Both the position numbers and the translations under genes were made by a program. Positions 1-9,272 of a stretch of DNA of 64,000 nt are shown in pieces; position 1 is the first letter of the stretch, and every line of letters begins with the position of its first letter. Below the pieces are notes generated by a model, which was not told the origin of the DNA, searched no databases, and saw nothing but the letters and a program-made list of their open reading frames with translations. Source of the DNA: Chthoniobacteraceae bacterium (GTDB taxonomy: Bacteria; Verrucomicrobiota; Verrucomicrobiia; Chthoniobacterales; Chthoniobacteraceae); contig JANNWY010000108.1 in assembly GCA_031409335.1 (NCBI GenBank), forward strand, positions 1 to 64,000. The letters are read 5' to 3'.

Positions 1-230
1 GGCGCAGGGTTTGCAGCTTGCAGTTCCCGGCGGGCACCGGATCGAGGAGCCGCTGCGCCAGCCGCAACGCGCAAAACCCGGCGCGGCCAATGGGTGCGAT
101 CCCCAGCCGCCTCCATCTCGATCAAACGCCGAGCGCCGACATCACTCTCCGGACGGATCGAGATTCTAGTTCGGCCCCCGAACGGCATTCACAAATTGAC
201 GCGGCTACCGTCTCAGCTAGCCTCACCGCC

Positions 231-293
231 ATGAGCGCCGCACCCCTGATGCTTGAAATCCCCGACGTCCGGGCACGGGCGTCCTCGGTCACT
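231..293 (+). pseudogene. Possible N-terminal remnant of a Uma2-family endonuclease gene
   Basis: MSAAPLMLEIPDVRARASSVT resembles, from recall, N-termini of verrucomicrobial Uma2 proteins; preceded by TTGACG-16bp-TAGCCT; resemblance stops after about 21 codons. Confidence 0.35.
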
Positions 294-363
294 GGTCCGC
301 GGATGAGTTCGGTGCGCCGACCGTTCTCATGGAACCCGGGGAACTGATGATGAGCCCGTTTTT

Positions 364-1440
364 ATGAGCAGGATCACGCCGGAGGATGCCAGGGCGCCGG
401 GCGGACTCGTCGGCAGGGACGAGAATCTGACGCGGTCCCAATTTGTCAGGCGACTGGGTAAAGGATTGCTTGGCTACGGAGCGGCAGCGGCTGGACTTGG
501 AAGTCTGGCCTTTCCAATCCGCGGTAACGGCGCGTTGTATGCAGACGGCACAACAAGCGCGCAGACTACAACCATGGGGCTGCAGTTTCAGGGGAAGGCT
601 CTCTCATTCAGGATTTACTCTCCACTATATACCGGGAATCCCGTGGGGCAGAAGAATACTTCTGCAACGTTCATAAACAGCAGGTATGCAGTTACAGCCT
701 ACCACGGCTTCTCGGGAGCAGTTGGAAACATTACTGGGCTAGAAGTAGCCGATGGTCCAAACTATATTACAAACAGGGGCAACGTCGTTGCGATTTCTGA
801 GTATATCCTTCATCCAACTCAAGACCTTGTTATTCTAAAATTCGCTCAACCGTTTCTCGCCAGCCCGGATAAAGTAATCGGAACCGCGGTCGTCGGCGAT
901 ATTGTCTATTATGCCGGATATGGCACTTGGGGAACGCCCTCTTTAGGTACGACCAGAGACGGAAACCTCCGTGCATTCGATGCCAGGGTTAATGATCATG
1001 TTGATTATGGATCTGCACCCTTTTACCAAACAACCCTATTTGGCACTGGCAACTTGAGTGGGCTTACCTTAAACGCACGTGGGGCTAATGGCGATTCAGG
1101 TGGCCCCGCGTTTAACACTTTGGGAGAGCTGGTGGGAATTATGATTGCAGGAACCACTTACATCGCCAACTCGGGAAGCACGACACACTTACGTCTTGGT
1201 GAGCCTAGCGTTAAGGCTTGGATCGAAGCCAACACGCAGCTACCGACGCCCCAGATGCAGTACTCCAAGGTGCAGAATGGAATGCTCGTCTCCTGGGATA
1301 TCAACGCGGTGGGCTGGATCCTGCAGGAATCTCCGAATCTCTCCACTTGGACCGACGTGGGGACAACCATCCTCACGCCAGGGTCTTATACCTTCCAAGG
1401 CAATGATGGGCAGCAGTTCTTTCGATTCAGAAGGCCCTGA
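364..1440 (+). CDS. Secreted trypsin-like (S1) serine protease with C-terminal verrucomicrobial-type tail
   Basis: Catalytic motifs VTAYH, DLVIL, GDSGGP; Tat-like N-terminus (TRSQFVRRLG plus hydrophobic stretch); C-terminal WILQESPNL...QFFRFRRP; visibly lower GC than flanks. Confidence 0.85.
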   Translation: MSRITPEDARAPGGLVGRDENLTRSQFVRRLGKGLLGYGAAAAGLGSLAFPIRGNGALYADGTTSAQTTTMGLQFQGKALSFRIYSPLYTGNPVGQKNTSATFINSRYAVTAYHGFSGAVGNITGLEVADGPNYITNRGNVVAISEYILHPTQDLVILKFAQPFLASPDKVIGTAVVGDIVYYAGYGTWGTPSLGTTRDGNLRAFDARVNDHVDYGSAPFYQTTLFGTGNLSGLTLNARGANGDSGGPAFNTLGELVGIMIAGTTYIANSGSTTHLRLGEPSVKAWIEANTQLPTPQMQYSKVQNGMLVSWDINAVGWILQESPNLSTWTDVGTTILTPGSYTFQGNDGQQFFRFRRP

Positions 1441-1567
1441 TCGCAGCCCGTCAGAATCGGCTCTTCGTCTGAAGCGGAGAATATTCGGCTAGAGCAACTG
1501 CCCAAAGACGGGAAGGAACGAGGGATTTCGTCTTCGTTTCCGCAGCTTGCACGCTATACCCGAGGCA

Positions 1568-1936
1568 ATGACTGACTCGGCGACATTCAAGAATACCCGG
1601 CTGCGGGGTGGATTTGTCATCGTGGGCGTCGAGTTCACCGATGAACCGATGGTGGATGCGCTCGGACGCGAGGCGATCGCGAAGACGGGGATCGTCGGGA
1701 GGAAGTTCGACCTGCTCATTCGGGCCGGATTGGATGAGCGGGAATTGTCGGTGACGTTGTATCACGAAATCCTGGAGGCCGCCGCCGTTGCGAGTGCCGA
1801 CTCACCCGCGAGCGTGCTGGATTTCAACGAGGCGGATTTCGAACGCACCGCCTATGCGATGCACGATGAATTGGGCGCGGCGTCGCCGGAGAATCTGAAC
1901 CGCATGTTGCAACTTCACGGCTTCGGTGAAGAATGA
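1568..1936 (+). CDS. Hypothetical protein with HExxE zincin-like motif
   Basis: SVTLYHEILEAA; closely coupled to downstream small ORF. Confidence 0.7.
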   Translation: MTDSATFKNTRLRGGFVIVGVEFTDEPMVDALGREAIAKTGIVGRKFDLLIRAGLDERELSVTLYHEILEAAAVASADSPASVLDFNEADFERTAYAMHDELGAASPENLNRMLQLHGFGEE

Positions 1937-1940
1937 AGCC

Positions 1941-2138
1941 ATGATCGAGCGCAGCACTATTCAGATCGACTTCATCAAGCTGGTCAGTGGCGAACGGCTG
2001 CTGCGTCTCACGGAGCCGCAATCCGGGCTGTCACTGGAAAAAAAGCTCGATGCCAGCCAGTCGGTCGTCCGCCAGAAGGAACAGCTCATCGGCGTGTTTG
2101 AGGCGGCATTGGCGCGGGCGGAATTGAGCGCAGCCTGA
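1941..2138 (+). CDS. Small hypothetical protein (partner of HExxE ORF)
   Basis: 65-aa ORF starting 4 nt after upstream stop. Confidence 0.65.
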   Translation: MIERSTIQIDFIKLVSGERLLRLTEPQSGLSLEKKLDASQSVVRQKEQLIGVFEAALARAELSAA

Positions 2139-2272
2139 GCTTTGTCGTGAGGGGCGGGAGCCTGGAGCCAGTGCGGCGGCGCGTGAACCCGACCCCGCGA
2201 AAGCGCGCGGCCCGCTTTGCGGAGGATGATTGAACGGTTGCCGGTGGCTCCCGGTTCGGGCATGTTCCGCCC

Positions 2273-2506
2273 ATGAGCACGCTCGCCGAAATCGAAGCCG
2301 CCATCGCCCAACTGCCGCCCGCGCAGTGGATGGAAGTCCGCCGCTGGATGGATGCGCACGCGCCGCGAACGGCAACGACCGTCTCCGTTCCACCGTCGGC
2401 ACAGAAGACGCCGGATTTTCTCGCCAGGCAGAAGGCGCTTTTCGGCGAACGGGTTCTGCCGGATTCCCAAGCGGTGCTCGACGAATTGCGGGCGGAACGG
2501 GTCTGA
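2273..2506 (+). CDS. Putative antitoxin
   Basis: 77-aa ORF (MSTLAEIEAAIAQLP...) whose TGA overlaps the ATG of a PIN gene (TGATG at 2504-2508). Confidence 0.75.
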   Translation: MSTLAEIEAAIAQLPPAQWMEVRRWMDAHAPRTATTVSVPPSAQKTPDFLARQKALFGERVLPDSQAVLDELRAERV

Positions 2507-2937
2507 TGCGGTCTTTCGACTCGGGTGTTTTGCCGAAGCTCTTCCTGAGCGAACCGAACTCGGCGCAGGCCGTGGCGCTCGTTCAGGAGCAGGGCGGCCT
2601 GCCGCCAATCACGGCGCTGCATCGGCTGGAGATGAAGGCGGCATTCGGCCAGAAACACGGGCGCGGCGAAATCACCGAAACGGAACGCAATGCGGTGCTG
2701 GCGAGTTTCGAGAACGACCTCGCGGTGGGTGTTTTCGCGGGGACCAATCCGACTTGGGCTGATGTCTTTACGAAGGCAGAGAACCTCGCAACCGCCCATG
2801 CGGCCGCCAACTTATGTCGTTCGCTGGACACGCTCCACGTCGCTCTCGCGCTGGAACTCGGAGCGACGGAATTTTGCACGTTTGACGGGCGGAAGGCCGT
2901 GATGGCGAAGGCTGCCGGGCTGGTGGTCTTGCCGTAG
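2506..2937 (+). CDS. vapC: VapC-family PIN-domain toxin
   Basis: FDSGVLPKLF, RSLDTLHVALA, FCTFD acidic PIN motifs; 143 aa. Confidence 0.85.
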   Translation: MRSFDSGVLPKLFLSEPNSAQAVALVQEQGGLPPITALHRLEMKAAFGQKHGRGEITETERNAVLASFENDLAVGVFAGTNPTWADVFTKAENLATAHAAANLCRSLDTLHVALALELGATEFCTFDGRKAVMAKAAGLVVLP

Positions 2938-2949
2938 GAAACAGCGCGC

Positions 2950-3762
2950 GGCTTTGACCCGCGCCGAGAAGCATGGCGACGAATTGCCGGATGAGGCCTT
3001 CGCCGACGGAGAATCCATCGAGCCACGGCTGGCCGGGGACGACGACGTCATCCTGCGGCGCGCTGTGCAGCTCCGCGGTCCACGCTGCACCGGAGACGGC
3101 GTTGATCTTGCTCGCCGCGATCTTCACCGCAAACGGATACGACGCCGAGAAGCTGATCCAGAGCGCCTCGCTCTGATCCATGGGCAAAACGACTCCGCCG
3201 CGCTGGAGCCAGGAGGCCGGAGCCGTCGCGGGAAAGTTGTCCACGGAACGGAGTGGGAACGCGCCGAGGCCGGCGGGCAGCGGGTAAGTCCGGCCGTCGT
3301 CGGGAATCCGCAGCGTGCGCTGAAAGGCGATGGTCAGGGCCGGGAACGATGCGTCGGGCAATCCGGCGGCGCGCCGAGCGGCGGTGCGCAGGGCGGCCTC
3401 GATCTCGTCCGCCGTCAGGGTCAGCACCCGGAGCATTTGCGCAGCGCTAAACGAAAACCCTGTCATCCTGAGCTTGTCGAAGAACCTCTGATCTTTGCGG
3501 CCAGCGGCGATGCGGAGCCGGTTCGGAACGGCGCTCACTCCCCGCCTCCTGTTTCTCGCCCATCCACCGTCCCCCGCGATTCCCCTCCTCCTCCTCGGCC
3601 CGCGGAAGCATGAGATCCTTCGACAAGCTCAGAATGACATTTTTGGATGCGGCGCTGCGCGCAGGGGAGGACGTGTCTGATCTGCCGCTCGACGTGGGCG
3701 CGGAGTTGCCGGGCGATTTCCGGGAAGGTGAACGAGAGGCGGTCGTCTGCGAGTGTGATCAT
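2950..3762 (-). pseudogene. Disrupted, 3'-truncated conserved hypothetical gene (FQRTLRIPDD family)
   Basis: Conserved-looking blocks FQRTLRIPDDGRTYPLPAGLG and QPWLDGF...IRQFVAM; N-terminus (3762) lies in a separate ORF; inverted-repeat element at 3461-3639. Confidence 0.65.
3461..3639. repeat. MITE/REP-like inverted-repeat element
   Basis: TGTCATCCTGAGCTTGTCGAAG (3461-3482) versus CTTCGACAAGCTCAGAATGACA (3618-3639), 21/22 complementary. Confidence 0.8.
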
Positions 3763-3783
3763 GGGCGGGTGGGTCGGAAGGGC

Positions 3784-3990
3784 TCACCAGTCGCCATCGC
3801 GGATCTGGCGGGAGATGGTGGAGACGCGTTTGGCGGACAGGCTCCGCATCGCGCGCAGGAGTTCCGCGACCACGGTGGGACGTTCGCGGATGATTTCGAA
3901 CAGATCGCTCGAAACCTTCCCGGCCAGCGCCAGTAGCGCATCGGGGTTTTCACCCAGCTCCCCGGCTAGGCGGCGGATGGTCTGTTCGCC
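3784..3990 (-). pseudogene. C-terminal fragment of an XRE-family HTH regulator
   Basis: Manual translation EQTIRRLAGELGENPDALLALAGKVSSDLFEIIRERP...IRDGDW*; no HTH N-terminus recognisable upstream; absent from ORF track. Confidence 0.6.
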
Positions 3991-4080
3991 GCGAGGCGAC
4001 CGAAGTGACTGCCGATTGTCGATCGAATTTCCAAACCGCAGACTGGAATGCCGCGGCGCGTTTCCGCTACGCTCGCTGCG

Positions 4081-6135
4081 ATGATCTCACCGGAAACTCG
4101 CGCGATTCAGTTATACGAAGGTTCCATCATGCCGCTCGGCGCGCATTGGGTTCCGCAGGAGGCGGCTTGGAATTTTTCCATCTACACTCACTACGCGCGC
4201 GCGGTGAAGCTGCTCTTTTTTGATGAGCACGATCACACGAACCCGTGTTTCGAGTTCGTCTTCGATGCGCTCATCCATCGGACGACGCAAATCTGGCACT
4301 GCCGCCTTCCTGCCGAGCTGCTCGGCGACGCCTGCTACTATGCCTACCAGATGGACGGGCCGAGTGCGATCGAGAGCGGCTGGCGGCATGCGTTCGACGC
4401 GGAAAAGGTGCTGCTCGACCCCTATGCGCGCAGCGTATTTTTTCCGCCGAATTTCGACCGCCAGGCCGCGCGCGATCCCGGCTCGAATGCGGGCAAGGCT
4501 CCGCTCGGTATGCTTGCGGATGAACCTCCGTTTGACTGGGGCGACGACCAGCGGCCGCGGCATCGTGGCGACCTGATCATTTACGAAATGCACGTCCGCG
4601 GTTTCACGCGCAGCGAGACGAGCGGCGTGGCGGCGGAGAAGCGCGGGACTTTCGCGGGAGTGATCGAGAAGATTCCGCATTTGAAGGAACTCGGCATCAC
4701 GGCGGTCGAGTTGCTTCCCGTGCAGCAGTTCGATCCGCAGGAGGGAAATTTCTGGGGTTACATGACGCTGAATTTTTTTGCGCCGCATCACGAGTTTGCC
4801 GCGAGTCGCGCGCACGCGAAGACGGAGTTTTGCCAGATGGTGAAGGCGCTCCACGCGGAGGGCATCGAAGTCATCCTCGATGTGGTTTACAATCACACTG
4901 CGGAAAGCGGCGAAACCGGACCCTGCTACAGCTATCGCGGCATCGACAATGAGACCTACTACATCCTCAGCGGAAACGTCGCTCATCCCTACCAAAACCA
5001 TTCCGGGACTGGCAACACGCTGAATTGCAGCAACGGTGCGGTCCAGGCGCTGATCGTGGACAGCTTGCGCTATTGGGTCACCGAGATGCACGTCGATGGC
5101 TTCCGCTTCGATCTCGCCTCCGCGCTCACGCGCAACAAGGACGGCTCGATCAACGAGACCCCGGCATTGCTCGCGGACATTCGCACGGACCCGGTGTTGC
5201 GCGATGTGCGACTCATCGCCGAGCCGTGGGACTGCGGCGCGTATCAGCTCGGCAACAGCTTTCCCGGACGGCTCTGGCATCAGTGGAACGGCATGTTTCG
5301 CGATGACATCCGCCGCTTCGTCCGCGGCGATGAAGACTGCGTGCCCGCGCTGATGCGCCGCCTTTACGGCAGCGACGATCTTTTTCCCGACGACGAAGGC
5401 TACCGCCCGCTGCACTCGATCAATTACATCATCTCGCACGACGGATTCACGCTGAACGATCTCGTCTCCTACAACCATCGCCACAACCTCGCGAACGGGC
5501 ATCAGAACACGGACGGCACGGGAGAAAACTTTTCGTGGAATTGCGGATACGAAGGTGGCGACAAGGTTCCCGCAGAAGTCCGCGCGCTGCGGCTGCGGCA
5601 GGCGAAAAATTTTGCCGCGCTGCTTTTCCTCGCGAACGGCGTGCCGATGTTTCTCGCTGGCGACGAATTTCTCCAGACCCAGCGCGGCAACAACAATCCC
5701 TACAATCAGGACAACGAAACGACGTGGCTCGACTGGTCGCGCATCACGCTTTCCGCGGATCACTTCCGGTTTTTCAAGCGGATGATCGCGTTCCGCCGCG
5801 CGCATCCGACGCTGTGCCGCAATCGCTTTTGGCGAAAGGAAGTGCGCTGGTATGGAGCGGACGGCGGGCCGGATTTTTCGCCGCACTCACGCTCGATCGC
5901 CTATTGTTTGAAGGGCAAATCTTTCGCCGACATCGATCTTTATGTGATGATCAACGGCTGGCGCGAGCCGCTGAAATTTGCGATTCAGGAAGGCGTGGAC
6001 GGCGCGTGGAAGCGCGTCATCGACACCGGCCTCGCGTCGCCAAATGACATCGTGGACCGCGCCGACGCGCCGGTGGTGGCGGAACTGGAATACGAACTCG
6101 GACCGCGCTCGATCGCCGTGCTTACGCGCGGCTGA
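4081..6135 (+). CDS. glgX: Glycogen debranching enzyme (GH13)
   Basis: IYEMHVRGFT, NFWGY, DVVYNH, DGFRFDLA, IAEPWD, HDGFTL, GNNNPYNQDN. Confidence 0.93.
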   Translation: MISPETRAIQLYEGSIMPLGAHWVPQEAAWNFSIYTHYARAVKLLFFDEHDHTNPCFEFVFDALIHRTTQIWHCRLPAELLGDACYYAYQMDGPSAIESGWRHAFDAEKVLLDPYARSVFFPPNFDRQAARDPGSNAGKAPLGMLADEPPFDWGDDQRPRHRGDLIIYEMHVRGFTRSETSGVAAEKRGTFAGVIEKIPHLKELGITAVELLPVQQFDPQEGNFWGYMTLNFFAPHHEFAASRAHAKTEFCQMVKALHAEGIEVILDVVYNHTAESGETGPCYSYRGIDNETYYILSGNVAHPYQNHSGTGNTLNCSNGAVQALIVDSLRYWVTEMHVDGFRFDLASALTRNKDGSINETPALLADIRTDPVLRDVRLIAEPWDCGAYQLGNSFPGRLWHQWNGMFRDDIRRFVRGDEDCVPALMRRLYGSDDLFPDDEGYRPLHSINYIISHDGFTLNDLVSYNHRHNLANGHQNTDGTGENFSWNCGYEGGDKVPAEVRALRLRQAKNFAALLFLANGVPMFLAGDEFLQTQRGNNNPYNQDNETTWLDWSRITLSADHFRFFKRMIAFRRAHPTLCRNRFWRKEVRWYGADGGPDFSPHSRSIAYCLKGKSFADIDLYVMINGWREPLKFAIQEGVDGAWKRVIDTGLASPNDIVDRADAPVVAELEYELGPRSIAVLTRG

Positions 6136-7156
6136 ATTCAAAACTCCGCAGCGCTTTCAGTTTTCCAAGCCCGCCCCCGGACTCGAGCTGATCGCGCGCT
6201 CGCTCGACGCCAGAGGCGAGATCGGCGGCGAGTCCCGCGATCACAAATCCCGCTGCCGAATTGAGCAGCACCATGTCGCGCTTCGGCCCGCGTTCGCTGC
6301 CATCGAGGATCGCGAGCAGGATGCGCGCATTCTCCGCGCGATCGCCGCCGCGAAGATCCGCGACTTCGCAACGCGCAAACCCGAGCGAAGCCGCATCCAC
6401 GCTGAATTCGCGGATCACCCCGGCCTTCACCTCGCGCACCTCGCTCGGTCCGGCGAGCGACAGCTCATCCATCCCGCTCCCATGCACCGCCCACGCCCGC
6501 GCGCGATCGAGCGCGGCGAGCGCCTCGGCATACTTTGGCAAAAGCAGCGGCGAAAAAATTCCGATGAGCTGATGCGCCGGACGCGCGGAATTGAGCAGCG
6601 GACCGAGCAGATTGAAAATGGTCGGGATGCCCTGCGCGGCGAGCGCCTTTCGCACCGGCACGATCGCCTTGAAGGCGGGATGATACGCGGGCGCGAAGAT
6701 GAAGCCGAGGCCGTGCGCCTCCACGCAGCGCCGCAGCGCCGCGGGCGCGAGGTCGATTTTCACGCCGAGTTCTTCGAGCACATCCGCGCCGCCGCATTTC
6801 GAAGTGATCGCGCGATTCCCATGCTTCACCACGCAGGCGCCGCCCGCCGCGAGCACGAACATGCACGCGGTCGAAACGTTGAAAAGTTCCAGCTTGTCGC
6901 CGCCGGTCCCGCACACATCGATCATCGGTCCCGGCACGCGCGCCGGATCGATTTCCGGATCGACCGCGCGGGAAAGCAGCGCCTTCACAAACCCCGCGAT
7001 TTCCACCGCAGTCTCACCTTTTTCGCGCAGCGCTTTTAGAAAATCCGCCTTGTCCGCATCCGCGACATCGGCGGCAAGCAGCCCCGCCACAGCGCCATCA
7101 ATATCGGCCTCGCAAAGGTCGCGCCCGTTGCGGAGTTGGTCGGTGAGTTCTCGCAT
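6122..7156 (-). CDS. trpD: Anthranilate phosphoribosyltransferase
   Basis: DVCGTGGD, FNVST, KHGNRAITSKCGGAD, TIFNLLGPL, GMDE. Confidence 0.95.
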   Translation of the reverse strand: MRELTDQLRNGRDLCEADIDGAVAGLLAADVADADKADFLKALREKGETAVEIAGFVKALLSRAVDPEIDPARVPGPMIDVCGTGGDKLELFNVSTACMFVLAAGGACVVKHGNRAITSKCGGADVLEELGVKIDLAPAALRRCVEAHGLGFIFAPAYHPAFKAIVPVRKALAAQGIPTIFNLLGPLLNSARPAHQLIGIFSPLLLPKYAEALAALDRARAWAVHGSGMDELSLAGPSEVREVKAGVIREFSVDAASLGFARCEVADLRGGDRAENARILLAILDGSERGPKRDMVLLNSAAGFVIAGLAADLASGVERARDQLESGGGLGKLKALRSFEFSRA

Positions 7157-7286
7157 AGAGGGGCGCACGATAGCGCCGGACGGTGGCTCTGAAAAGCCCG
7201 CGCCGTTATTCCCGCAGGGCTACGCCGGTCCCCGCAGTATCGCCACGGACCTATGGGCCGTCGTGCTTCCGTGTCTGCATGGAATT

Positions 7287-7439
7287 GAAGCGGGACGCGA
7301 TCACGGGAGTTGGAACGCTGCAGACGCGCCAACTCCCGCCGGGGTTGGGAAGAAAGTGCCCAGAATTCAGCTCTCAGGCAGCCGCGAAAAATGCGGTCTG
7401 GGTTTCCGAGAACTGAACTCTGGGCACTCGTCCCGCTTC
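7287..7439 (-). ncRNA. Candidate structured RNA or multi-hairpin element between HEAT-like gene and trpD
   Basis: Closing stem 7287-7297/7429-7439 encloses hairpins 7304-7338 and 7355-7428. Confidence 0.4.
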
Positions 7440-7440
7440 C

Positions 7441-8625
7441 TCAAAACTGCGTCAGCACGGGCGATGTCCGAAAGGCAACCGCCGCATTTTTCGCGGTCGC
7501 GAGCTGGCTGAGGCGCTGGTCGAGCGCCATCGCGGCCCCGCGGGCAGCGCGACCGAGTTCCGTTTCACGTCCGAGATTTTCCGCGAGCCGGTTGAGCACG
7601 CTGACGGCTTCGGGACGCTGCGTTTCGGCGAGCGCCTGCAGGGCGGAGAGCCGGAAGACGGAATTCGTCTTCGTCTCGAGCGCCCATTTCGGCAACATTT
7701 CCATTGCGATGTCGGGGTAAAAGCGGGCGATGCCGTAGAGCGCGTAGTGGCGCGTGGCGGGTTCGCCGGAGAGCAGTTCGGTCTTCCAGTAGCCCCACTC
7801 GTTGTCCCCTGAAATGCCGTAGTAGCGCATCGCGGCGGGGCGGCAGAGCGGCTCGATCATCGCTTCGATGCGGAGCTGCGGATCGAGCGTCATGGCGACG
7901 CCGGAATCCTTCACGCCCAGCTCGCGGAGCGCGGCGAGCGCGGTGATGATGTCGTATGTATCCACGCGGAAGGCATCGGTGTTGAAGCGGCTCTCCAGTT
8001 CGCTCGTGCCCGAGCTGAATCTCGCGACGCTGCTGAGCGGCAGGTTTTCATTCAGCGCGAGGATCGCGGTCTGGATCGCGCCGGGTGAAAGTTCGAGGTG
8101 ATCCTGCGCATAAGTCAGGAGCAGCTCGACGCGCGGGACGTGGTTGTAAGTGATGACGTATTGGGCGTTGCCGACGCTGTTGCCGGAGCGGGTCGCGGCG
8201 GTTTGGAAAGTGGCCTGGGCGGTTTTGCCGGGTTCGATTTCGACTTCGGTCGGGCGCGTCACGACGACCGCGTTGCGTCCGGATTCAAAAACGAGCCCCA
8301 CCTCCGCCCGGGCCTGGAGCGTCACGTTTCCGGTGTTGGAAAGGGTGGCGCGCATGGCTTCGCGACCGTTGCCGTTGAATTCGGCCTTGATCCGGCCCTG
8401 CTCAATGGCGGCCTGGAGATCGACCGGCTCGGCAGGCGCGGAAACCACGGGCGCGGGCGCGGTGGAATCATGCGAACCGAGGGCGGAAACGGCGGCCAGT
8501 GCGACGATCGCGGCCTGGGCCATCGAGGGCGATTGGAGCGCAGGCTGCCTCGACTGCGGCCAGAGCCAATAGCCGCCGGCTGCGATCACCGGCGTGAGAA
8601 CGACTGCGAGTGCTTTTGCATTCAT
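7441..8625 (-). CDS. Membrane-anchored hypothetical protein with C-terminal HEAT-like helices
   Basis: N-terminal hydrophobic anchor; RHYALYGIAR, RLSALQALAE. Confidence 0.75.
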   Translation of the reverse strand: MNAKALAVVLTPVIAAGGYWLWPQSRQPALQSPSMAQAAIVALAAVSALGSHDSTAPAPVVSAPAEPVDLQAAIEQGRIKAEFNGNGREAMRATLSNTGNVTLQARAEVGLVFESGRNAVVVTRPTEVEIEPGKTAQATFQTAATRSGNSVGNAQYVITYNHVPRVELLLTYAQDHLELSPGAIQTAILALNENLPLSSVARFSSGTSELESRFNTDAFRVDTYDIITALAALRELGVKDSGVAMTLDPQLRIEAMIEPLCRPAAMRYYGISGDNEWGYWKTELLSGEPATRHYALYGIARFYPDIAMEMLPKWALETKTNSVFRLSALQALAETQRPEAVSVLNRLAENLGRETELGRAARGAAMALDQRLSQLATAKNAAVAFRTSPVLTQF

Positions 8626-8728
8626 AGATGATTCAATTCTGAGCATCGGACGGGCCAGAGCCGGGAAATTTCTGCTTGCCAAACACCGCTTGCCTCGCTC
8701 CCGCGCCGTCGCTACTCGTTGCGGCGGC

Positions 8729-9118
8729 TTGAAAAATCTCGTCAAAAAACTGCTGGTCGCCGCCTGCGCGCTCTATCTGAGCGGGGCGCACTTCGCAGTG
8801 CTGCAAGTCGCGGCGTGGACGACGATGCTCGTCGAGCGCACCGAGGAAGTCGGGCTCGCGGTGGCCGCGAAGACGACCTTCAGCGGCGAAGCGCCCTGCG
8901 CGCTGTGCCGGGTCGTGCAGACCGGGCAAAATCAGGAGCGCAAGGAAACGCCGGGTGCGCCTTCCTTGAAAAAGCTGATGGAGACGAAGCTGGTGGCTGC
9001 GGTGAATTCCATCGTGCCACGGGCAGTCGTGACTGGTGCGGTGAGCTGGCCGGTTTTGGTAGATCCCGCGGCCCGGCGCATGGAAGCGCCGCTCACGCCG
9101 CCACCGCAGTCCGCCTGA
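8729..9118 (+). CDS. DUF2946-like small membrane protein with CxxC and C-terminal proline motif
   Basis: Hydrophobic N-terminus, PCALC, ends APLTPPPQSA; TTG start inferred. Confidence 0.65.
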   Translation: MKNLVKKLLVAACALYLSGAHFAVLQVAAWTTMLVERTEEVGLAVAAKTTFSGEAPCALCRVVQTGQNQERKETPGAPSLKKLMETKLVAAVNSIVPRAVVTGAVSWPVLVDPAARRMEAPLTPPPQSA

Positions 9119-9272
9119 TCGGGCGAACCGCTCCCGCAATCCCGGGCGCGCTCTAGCGTGGTCTGACGCGCCGCACTCGCGGCACCCGTTTGGAGTTTCG
9201 TTTCGCCCGTGAAATCCGCGCCCTCGCGCCCATTTCCCGCGCCCGTCCACTCGAACTCTGTCCGCTCCACAT

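Noticed and set aside
364..2937. Integron cassette array
   Set aside because: No attC-like RYYYAAC...GTTRRRY sites or integrase recognised
4111..5886. 591-aa antisense ORF (likewise 13082-14557, 19413-20621, 27535-29097, 30605-31903, 56764-58251, 58311-60020)
   Set aside because: Shadows of well-supported genes in high-GC DNA; no motifs
7183..7290. trp attenuator peptide, T-box or SRP RNA
   Set aside because: No convincing Trp-codon leader with terminator, T-box or SRP consensus seen
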